In this document: one piece after another, positions 54,430 through 64,000 of the stretch | Numbering within the stretch: position 1 is the stretch's first letter | How the letters are laid out: each line of letters opens with the position of its first letter | Assembly: GCA_951406725.2 (NCBI GenBank) | Contig: OX597832.1 | Span: 22,692,001-22,756,000, forward strand | DNA: 64,000 nt | DNA from: Octopus vulgaris | Lineage: Eukaryota | Direction: 5' to 3' | Notes under the pieces: generated by a model | The model's input: the letters and a program-made list of their open reading frames with translations, nothing else | Told to the model about the DNA's origin: nothing | Database searches by the model: none | Made by a program: the position numbers and the translations under genes

Positions 54430-56024
54430 TGTATACTTATATATATATACGAAATAATTGATGAACATTTTAATCCCCACAAGAATTTAGACCAAATTTC
54501 GTTAATCAGTTAATGAAATATCATCGTACGCTTTGCGTGTGTGGCCTAGGTAAAAATTTCTCAACCCATCCTTACCGTATTTTCTATCTGTGTATAAAAT
54601 GTCAAGAAAATCAGTTGAAAGGTTTAAAGGTTATGGCAGAAAATTACACTTATATGACAATTTGCATTGAAATCTCTTATCGATTTTTGAAAAATCAATG
54701 CTGTTTAAAAATTAACGATTTTTTTTTCAAGACTCCAAGTTCGTAAGTGACCGCATGGTCATAATCCCCTCACACGGGTCAAGGGTCATCAAGGTTTGTT
54801 GGATAGTCTCGGAGAAGTGAAATTAACAAATTCACAAATTCACACACACACACGTACAAAGCCACAAACATACAGGAATTGCCATTTATGTATATAGATA
54901 TACGAGCGGTTTCTTCATAGATACCATTAACCAAATTCATTCTGAATAATTTGGTTGGCCCGAGCAATTCTAGAAGATAGTTGTCCAACGTACTACGTCA
55001 CGGGACTGAAACAAAAGCCATGTGATTGCAAATCGACCTTCAAAACCATACACTCATACCTGTACTTATTTTAATATATTTATCGTAATAAATATACAGA
55101 ACTTGTTCAGTCACAACACCTTCGCTTTTTTTAAAGGGATCACGTTTTGAATGAACTCCAGTAATACACCCAGACTGTGCCTGGACTTGGAGTTGAACTG
55201 GGGTCAATTTAATAAATTACAGAAGCAATAAGCTAAGTGAAAGTAATTAGAAGTTTTAGCTTCTAAAGACGTTCCTATGTGTTAAAATAATTCGTTTACT
55301 TTTATGTATTAACTCACCAACGTTGATAAATTTGGTATAGAAGCTTATATATAAAAGAATCAATTAAGTCGAATACATATACCTTCCTCTAAAAGGAATT
55401 TTGTGTTATGTCTTGTGAAAGGAATCAATATTTGTTCCGAAGAAAGCAGTGATGTATATGAGGATGATATTAAAGTACCTCAGACTCCCGATTCAAATTT
55501 AGGTGAAAGGATATGTGGAGAATAGCTGTCTTTTATTCATGTTTCATGTCTTAACCGTGATCTATTGCGCTTCTCCTTCAAAGTCAGGCAAATAAAAGTA
55601 ATCACCAATTAAATTACTATAATTGCACATGAAAGCAACTAAAATCTCTCTTGGGTATAATGTTTGATCAAATCTGTTTACTTACAAGATGTAAGTAAAA
55701 TCAAATCAGCTTCGCAGTTAATGCTTCGGAGACAACCGCGAAAGTCCATTGTGAATTCTTCTCTCTCCTTTTTTTACGAGTATTTTGTCTTTTACCTTTT
55801 AATTGGTTCAATCATTTGACTGCAGCCATGCTGGAGCACCGCCTCGAAGGGATTTTAGTCGAATAAATTGATTCAAGAACTTATTTTTTAAGCCTAGAAA
55901 CTATTTTATGATTATTTTTTTTTATTTTTGGGGGGGTGTAACGAGGACATGACTACACTGGTTGTTAAGTGGTGATGGAGGGAAAAACACAGAAACACAC
56001 ATATACACACACACATGCATCTAT

Positions 56025-56232
56025 AGTTGAAATTTATAGAAAAACAAAAGACAAAGGCAGGTGTATGAACAAGAAACCAGTGTTTTAGTTTGACGCACGG
56101 GGAAAACGAAAAAGTCTTTTACGTTTCGAGCCTACGCTCTTCAACAGAAAAGAATAAGAGAAAATAAACAGAGAGAAAGAGAGAGTGAAATAAAAACTTC
56201 TAAATTTCAGCGGTCCAGCATGAAATCTACAC
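56025..56232 (-). mobile_element. Penelope-like end fragment (family of 6138-6342) with a hammerhead variant at 56115-56153
   Basis: Minus strand reads TCTTTT CTGTTGA A GAGC GTAG GCTC GAAAC GTA AAAGA. Confidence 0.65.
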
Positions 56233-56527
56233 ATATGTATGTGTATATATATACACACAAATACGCAGACACACACACATACATATACATATATATGTAT
56301 GTATATATATATATATATATATGAATATAATCAAAAGGGTAATAATATAGATTACTACCAGTGGCCCAGCACAAAGGACGAATTAGTCATTAGACAAAAT
56401 ATTATTCATATAGAAAAATATTATTCATGTAGAAATATAATTAAGGGCTCCTAAATAAGGATGACAAGTGCTAGGGACACAAAATAGGGATAAATTTATC
56501 GAGAGTGAAAATATATATATATATACG

Positions 56528-56794
56528 GAATAAAAAGTTTTGAATGGCACAACAATGCACTATAATACAGACGTTGGGCTATATATCTGTTGTACTTTAG
56601 TCATCCATAGTCTGATATGATATTTCGGAATAATATACCTTCTTCAGATATAGCAGCGACTCCATCTAAGAATATCTGAAGAAGGAATATTATTCCGAAA
56701 TGTCATATCAGACTGAATGACTAAATTACAACAGGCATATAGCGCATTGTTTGTATTATAGTGCATTGTTGTACCATTCAAAACTTTTTTATTC
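56528..56794. repeat. Diverged inverted repeat (arms about 56528-56651 and 56672-56794) in a (TA)n-flanked element
   Basis: GAATAAAAAGTTTTGAATGG...CCTTCTTCAGATAT is mirrored by ATATCTGAAGAAGG...CCATTCAAAACTTTTTTATTC. Confidence 0.9.
56672..56708 (+). ncRNA. Minimal type I hammerhead motif, with a more decayed mirror copy at about 56615-56651
   Basis: AUAU CUGAAGA A GGAAU-AUU-AUUCC GAAA U GUC AUAU. The C after GAAA is replaced by U. Confidence 0.65.
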
Positions 56795-57707
56795 TTTGCA
56801 AACAATACACAATGCTTCAAGCGAACTACAATACTCTCATGTATATATATATATATATACGACGGGCTTCTTTTAGTTTCCGTCTACCAAATCCACTCAC
56901 AAGGATTTGGTCAGTCTGAGATTATAATATAAGACATTTGCCCAAGGTGTCATGCTGTAGGATTGAACCCGGAACCATGTCGATGGGAAGCCAGCATCTT
57001 ACCAGACAGCCACGCCTGCGCCCATGAGCCTATGCGCCTATTTTTATCTTTTACTTGTTTCACTGCTTGGATTGTGGCCACGCAGAAGCACCACCCGGAT
57101 GCGTTTAGTCGAACGAATCGACACCAGTTGCTATCTTGTTTACGTCTGGTGCTTATTCTATCACTGGCTCCTGCAAAACTGCTAAGTTACCAGTATCCGG
57201 TCGTCAAACGGTGAATTAGGTAACAAATACACATACACTCACACAAACACACATACACATACAAGGAGCTTCCGCACAGTTTTGGTTCACCGTATTCTCT
57301 CACAAGGCATTGGTCGGTCAGGAGCTATAGTAGAAGACACTTGTCCAAAATGCTGCACAGGCGGACTAACCCGACACCATATGATTACAAAGTGAACTTC
57401 TTAACTGCAAAACCGTGTCTGTTTCATATGCAGAAAAAATCGATATTATAAAGAATTTGGTAGTGTAGTCGTAGTTCACTACAAAATCAATCATTTTAAT
57501 TAATTGGTCTTAGGCAGCAATCTACCAGAATTGTTAGAGCGTTGGGTGAAACGCTATACGGTATTTCTGATTATTTATGTGTTGTGTTCAAATCCTGAGG
57601 AGGCTAACTTCACCTTTCATCCATTAAATGTCGATAAAATAAATGGCTAGTGAAGTCCTCGGGTAATGGTGACGACTAAGACTTCGCCCCGTCAAACTGC
57701 TGGCGTC

Positions 57708-58193
57708 TTCTTCTTCTTCTTCTTCTTCTTCTTCTTCTGCTCATCAGGACTCACGCTATTAACCACAAAGAATAATCTCTAATTCGAGCCTACTCTCAGC
57801 TACTAAGAGTGCGTGTGGCAACTTGAAGATCCACCCACCACACGCGATAGACTGGCGGTTGCACGGGTGCGAAAGCTATGTGGTTATCTTCATTCCGTAA
57901 ACAGTGGCTTTTAACGGATGGCGAGCTGAACCATCCTGGGGTACAGAGGATTCGCAATCTAGACTAGGGTCAGAAAGTTTACCACACCACCTTGGGTTAC
58001 AAAATGGTTCCTTTGCTTTGTGGCAATTGTGGTGAAAGAGTACAGCTGGGTTCACTACCACCCTCCGCCGGAGCCTCGTGAAGCTTAGGTATTTTTCCTT
58101 AATAAGCATTCACAATGCCCGGTCTGGGCATCGAAACCGCATTCTTACGACTGCGAGTCCGCTGCCCTAACCACTGGGCCATTGCTCCTCCAC
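57708..58193 (-). mobile_element. SINE family C (tRNA head, (GAA)n tail) with a 12-bp TSD, inserted into an older family A copy
   Basis: Head GTGGAGGAGCAATGGCCCAGTGGTTAGG...GGTTTCGATGCCC. TSD ACTGCTGGCGTC at 57696-57707 and 58194-58205. Confidence 0.85.
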
Positions 58194-58806
58194 ACTGCTG
58201 GCGTCGTCCCTAAATTAGAAACGATTCTTATTAGACAGATGCAGTGCATTGGCAGAATCAGTAGATTGTCGGCCGAAATGCTTTGCAGAATTTGCTACGA
58301 ATCCTTACGCTCTGAGATCAAATCGCGCCGTAGTTAAATTTACATGTCATCCTTTAGGGGGTGAATAAAATAAAGTATCTATGAAAAACTATGGTTGGTG
58401 TTTTCGACTACTACACTAACCTCAAAATTATTGATCACAATTATTAATTAAAATCACCTAAGTTGGTGAGTTTCATGAAGCGTTACCGAGTCGAAGAAAT
58501 TGCTTTACGGTATTTCTTTGGCTCGTCGCCTACTGAGCTCAAATACCAACAAGGTTAACTGTACTCACCATCATTGTGAGATCGATAAAATAAAATACCA
58601 TCTAAGCACTAGGTCGATGTACATGAGTAGCATCTTCCACTCAAAACCGCCGGCGTTCTGCCTAAATAAGACAATTATTTTCAGTCTTATTATCAATATT
58701 CTGCGTTCGAATCGTAGGAAATTTTGACTCTCATTAAAATAAGAATAAATAAATAATAATTTTTAGCAATAAATACAATAATTTCCATATTATGCTAGAA
58801 TATGTT

Positions 58807-59223
58807 ACTCTTTTACGTTTTTACTCTTTTACTTGTTTCAGTCATTTGACTGCGGCCAAGCTGGAGCACAGTCTTTAATCGAGCAACTCGACCCCCGGGA
58901 CTTATTCTTTTGTAAGCCCAGTACTTATTCTATCGGTCTCTTTTGCCGAACCGCTAAGTAACGGGGGCATAAACACACCAGCATCGGTTGTCAAGCAATG
59001 CTAGGGGGACAAACACACTCACACAAACACACACACGCATATATATATATACATATATACGACGGGCTTCTTTCAGTTTCCGTCTACCAAATCCCCTCAC
59101 AAGGCTTTGGTCGGCCCGAGGCTATAGTAGAAGACACTTGTCCAAGGTGCCACGCAGTGGGACTGAACCCGGAACCATGTGGCTGGTAAACGAGCTACTT
59201 ACCACACAGCCACTCCTGCGCCT
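58807..59223 (-). mobile_element. SINE family B, full length
   Basis: Head to (GTAAAAGA)-type tail intact. Confidence 0.92.
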
Positions 59224-59823
59224 ATGTACATTTGTAAGCTTTCGTTTTCTGGTTTTGATTTAGAGAAAGTTTTGAGCGGCTATCTGCTTCGTGGCAAAGT
59301 TGGCAAGAAAAGAACGTAGTTGTATTCATTTATTTAAAACCCCAAGGAATTGCATTCACTTTCCAAGAACCATTTTGTTGCTCCAATGGTAATAAATTCG
59401 AAACTCAACGTCTATATTAGGTACTGGATTTGCAAACTCCTTATCAAAGGTCTGTAGATGCTCTCTTTGTCCTATATTTTCCTGATGACACTGGTGTAAA
59501 GGGGGCTACTGATTTCCAGAAAGGACCGATTTTTCTTGTTCCTCACAATATCTGAATAGCAGTCCAGTTGTGTGTGAACTTAATTACCATTTTCATTTTT
59601 CATTTTTAAGATCCATCCATATAATTGCTCGATCACAACATAATCAAGTAATTCTTTTAACCCATCAACTTTTGATATTTGTATATATGTATATATGTAT
59701 GTATGCATGTATGTATGTATGTATGTATGTATGTATGTATGTATGTATGTATGTATGTATGTATGTATGTATGTATGTATGTATATATGTATGTATGTAT
59801 CTATCTATCTATCTATCTATTTC

Positions 59824-59906
<83 letters not shown>

Positions 59907-60205
59907 GTCTGTCTATCTATCTATCTAACTCGGGCTCTCTGTCTATATATATATATACATAAATACGTATATTTACAAAAACTTAGCCATAATCCCACTT
60001 CATATTGAAATTTAGCAGAAGCATACTGGCTTTTAATTCCTCTTTTTTCTGTGGCATTTTAGTTGATCGAATGCATTTTGTAATGTGCAGTATTTGGGTT
60101 GTGGCAGGCTATTTGAAACACATGTAAGCTGAATCAATAGTTGATAATGCGTCTACATTCTAAATGTTTTTCTATATATAATTACACATAGGCATATGCG
60201 TACAG

Positions 60206-60238
<33 letters not shown>

Positions 60239-60277
60239 TTTATGTCCGTGGTCTGTGTCTATGTAGGATATCCATAC

Positions 60278-60511
60278 CTATTTTTATACTACCCGCAAGG
60301 GGCTAAATACAGAGAGGACAAACAAGGACAGACACACGGATTAAATCGATTATATCGACCTCAGTGCGTAACTGATACTTAATTTATCGACCCCGAAAGG
60401 GATGAAAGGCAAAGTCGAACCCGGCGGAATTTGAACTCAGAACGTAACGGCAGACGAAATACGGTTACGCATTTCGCCCGGCGTCGTAACGTTTCTGCCA
60501 GCTCGGTGCCT
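60278..60511 (-). mobile_element. SINE family A monomer with a 20-bp TSD
   Basis: TSD TCTATGTAGGATATCCATAC at 60258-60277 and 60512-60531. Confidence 0.92.
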
Positions 60512-61080
60512 TCTATGTAGGATATCCATACTTTTCAAATATGAAACGTTTATACAAGAAACGAATATTTCTTTAATACGGTCCTTCTCGATCTACTTCT
60601 AAATCCACGGCAATCAAAGCCGTACTCGCCACACCACTATGTATATCTAAAAAAGAGACACAATTCATGATTAGATCAATATGCTCCACATTCTATAGCT
60701 TTAAAAATTATAGATGAGTATTTAATGCAAATTATAGAAAACGAATATTTGCTACATATTATCTAGACTTCATTTCTATATATTTCTTACATATAAAACT
60801 TTATTATTTAATGAATTCATGCTTACGGTGAGGGTGGTGATTGGATTATTCATGGGGTAAAGATAATACTTATGAATATATGAATTTTAAATAGAAACCA
60901 CTGCAATATGTAGGCTTATTATATATATATTTTTTATCCAAATGACCAACGAAGAATATATAGTTTGATATTCATAATAGTTATTTACAGCGGTATACAT
61001 CAATCAATAGTTATGTACGTTAAAACTTTTGGAATTATACTTTCACATGAAAGACACACACACATACACACACACACACA

Positions 61081-61132
<52 letters not shown>

Positions 61133-61203
61133 CGTATATGTGTGTATGGGCATGCATGTGCGGGGGGGCTGCCTTTAAGAATATATGTATATGCGTATGT
61201 ATG

Positions 61204-61261
<58 letters not shown>

Positions 61262-61462
61262 CATACATATATACATATATAACTATAATTTTCTTTTGAA
61301 AACCATAACGTAGAAGAGCTCAATTCAAAGCCGAAGCGCTAGACACGTATAATGTCAGGTCATCCCATAAGTTCTGTCCGATTTTACCTGTTTTTAAAAA
61401 TTGAATGACATTTCACTTGAAAAGTAAACTGAAAGTGGTGAGAGAAGTGCCAGCTAGCCGCC

Positions 61463-61550
<88 letters not shown>

Positions 61551-61564
61551 TAATAATAATAATA

Positions 61565-62135
61565 AATGATCACATCTCACTCTTCTGCAACTTCACCATT
61601 CTTAAATGACAAAAAGATAGATGCAAATAGGCCAGACATTATATTGAAAAAGTTCAGACAAAAATCATGCCTCCTCATTGATATGACTGTCCCAATCGAT
61701 ATAAACGTATCTGTCAAGACCTACCAAAAACTGAACAAAGTATAAATATCTTGAAATAGATATTAGCAAAATATGGAACCTGAAGACTAAAACAATACCT
61801 GTTGTCATAGGTGTCCTGAGAATGATAGAAAAATGGGTGATTGCTACATCGCACAGATACTAGGAAAACCCAAAATGGCAAAAATTCAAAAGATAGTGCT
61901 CATGGGAACTGCCCATATCCCACGCAAAATACTTTCTTTGTAATCTCAAGTTTTAAAACAAACATATAATTTTCTTATGGTTTCTTAAGCATTCTCTAGA
62001 ACAACACTGTGTACAAAATCAAATATATGGCATCCTAGGCATAACACAAATATCAATTTCTAACTCGCTGTCTCTTGAGGTCACTGGGTGAGACTTGTAG
62101 CCAACTTGTACAAATGTAAAGCAAAAGTCAAACAT
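61565..62135 (+). mobile_element. Dong/R4-clade non-LTR retrotransposon 3' end inserted in (TAA)n
   Basis: KIDANRPDIILKKFRQKSCLLIDMTVP (PD...D restriction-like endonuclease motif), frameshifted, with (TAA)n on both sides. Homologous to 33692-34152. Confidence 0.88.
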
Positions 62136-62137
62136 AA

Positions 62138-62168
<31 letters not shown>

Positions 62169-62179
62169 GTAATGATTTC

Positions 62180-62388
62180 AAATTCTTGCCAGAAGGGCAG
62201 CTTGGGTAAGGTGAGGGGGAATCGATTACATCGACCCCAGTGTTCAACTGGTACTTATCTTATCGATCCCGAAAGGATGAAAAGCGAAGTCGACTACGGT
62301 AGAATTTGAACTCAGAACGTAACGACGTGCGAAATACCATTAAGCATTTCGTCCAGCGCGCTAACGATACTGCCAACTCGCCGCCTTA
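62180..62388 (-). mobile_element. Diverged SINE family A variant
   Basis: Reverse complement of head AAGGCGGCGAGTTGGCAG plus the central domain. Confidence 0.8.
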
Positions 62389-62415
62389 ATAATAACAATA
62401 GTAATAATAACAATG

Positions 62416-62484
<69 letters not shown>

Positions 62485-63089
62485 GCAATAATAATAATAA
62501 TAATAGTAATAATAATGATGATGATGATGATGATGATGATAAAATTATTTTCTAAATACTGTAACTGATTTCCATATTAATGCTGATACTGGTGAACACG
62601 AGTGGCTGGTGCTGCTGCTTTTGGTCTTCATAATGGTGATGATGATGAAGGATGTAACAATGGTCATGATGTGAATAATAATAACCATGATGATGATGAT
62701 GACTAAATAATAGCGAAGGTATATAATTAACCATAATAGCTAAGGCTGCATACACTCTAGCAGTGGTAGAGCCAGATATTAATTTGCATAAGTTAATTAG
62801 CCAATAGTGTATTGAATGTTACCTGCCATATATGCTATTAATCACGGGGCTATAAAAGCTGCCTCTGTGATTGTACTGGAAATTACTATTCATTAGTATA
62901 TTTGTATTATGACTAAAGCGTTTAGACTGTTGTATATATGAAGTTAATGTGTAGATAGATTGATATACACAATTATGGGTTTTGAATAGTGCATTGGTAA
63001 TGGTCCGAGGCTTAAAGATATATATATGAGAAGGAAAATGCACACACTTTACATAGTTTTAATATTTTAAATATATCTTGAATTGTGTT

Positions 63090-63122
63090 TGTCGACCGGT
63101 TTCGCTTTTGCTATTCATGACA
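63090..63122 (-). ncRNA. Decayed hammerhead motif in a (TA)n-flanked element (about 63028-63295)
   Basis: UGUC augaaua GC-AAAA-GC GAAAC CG GUC GACA: all three stems and GUC are kept, but the core differs from CUGAAGA at two positions. Confidence 0.5.
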
Positions 63123-63291
63123 TCAAAATTTATTTAAATACCTATTTTCTTAAGAAGAAGTTTGTTGCCCCATGTTGTGTGTGAAATTTGTGAGTGAATG
63201 AGTCAACAAGTAAAGAAATATAAGGAGAGGTAATTGGTTATCGTTATTATTATGGGCAGGGAAGAAAACTGCTCAGCTTCGGTAGCGTGGG

Positions 63292-63328
<37 letters not shown>

Positions 63329-63476
63329 AAAAAATTCTAAAACTAGATTAGTGGGGTGAAATATGTACTGTGATGGGTATGTAATCGTGAATTAAAATAT
63401 GTAAGGAGATCATAGTTGGTTATGCATGCATATTTAGGCGCGTTCTGTATTTTTCGAATATATGCATGTATATATG

Positions 63477-63513
<37 letters not shown>

Positions 63514-63526
63514 GCATGTATGTGTA

Positions 63527-63568
<42 letters not shown>

Positions 63569-63624
63569 AATATATATATATACATATATATTCGCATATA
63601 TATATATGTGTATGTATATGAACG

Positions 63625-63843
63625 TGGGTACGTCTTTCAAAATGTGACCTCGTGTGTACCGTTCGCGATTTTTTTTCCTCTGTCTTCCCTTCTCGGGATC
63701 TTTCCTTCTCCTATGTTTCCGACGAAGAGCTCCGTTCGAAACGTTAAACCCCCCTTGTTCCCTTCTTTCCTGAGCGTCCAATAATACTATATTTGTTCCA
63801 CGTCCTCACGTTGTTGTATTTTTTTGTGTTTTCTTGTTTGGAT

Positions 63844-63848
<5 letters not shown>
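63625..63848 (+). mobile_element. (TA)n-embedded Penelope-like end fragment with a hammerhead variant at 63715-63749
   Basis: GTTT CCGACGA A GAGC-TCC-GTTC GAAAC GTT AAAC. Same family as 10111-10312. Confidence 0.72.
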
Positions 63849-63942
<94 letters not shown>

Positions 63943-64000
63943 GTATACATTCCATAATTGAAGATCCAGCAAGCAACAGAACCATGGATTCAAAATGATG

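Noticed and set aside
57738-57752. Minus-strand CTGATGAG next to the (GAA)n tail of SINE C
   Set aside because: No stem II or GAAA-stem III partner.
59482-59502. CTGATGA CAC TG GTG TAAA
   Set aside because: GAAA is replaced by TAAA and there is no cleavage triplet or stem I.
62552-62755. His-rich ORF
   Set aside because: Degenerate (ATG/CAT)n microsatellite.

Overview
AT-rich eukaryotic non-coding DNA dominated by (TA)n, (CA)n, (GATA)n, (TACA)n and (TAA)n microsatellites. The repeat content, especially the two dominant tRNA-derived SINE families, points to an octopus or other coleoid cephalopod genome (inference from family recognition). I found no intact host protein-coding gene, and nearly all ORFs in the track are microsatellite read-throughs. 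Recognisable elements are two abundant SINE families, two rarer SINEs, 3' fragments of CR1-type LINEs, two Dong/R4-type LINE ends inserted in (TAA)n, decayed RT remnants, a Gypsy LTR+PBS+gag fragment, mariner and Tigger ends, and non-autonomous Helitrons. The main hidden signal is about a dozen hammerhead-ribozyme motifs, most carried by short elements of several families lying in or next to (TA)n tracts. Three of these elements are long palindromes with back-to-back, outward-facing hammerheads, consistent with Penelope-like retroelement ends. A second notable signal is a SINE that appears to integrate as 184-bp head-to-tail multimers inside one target-site duplication. All coordinates were read by eye, so expect errors of a few bases.
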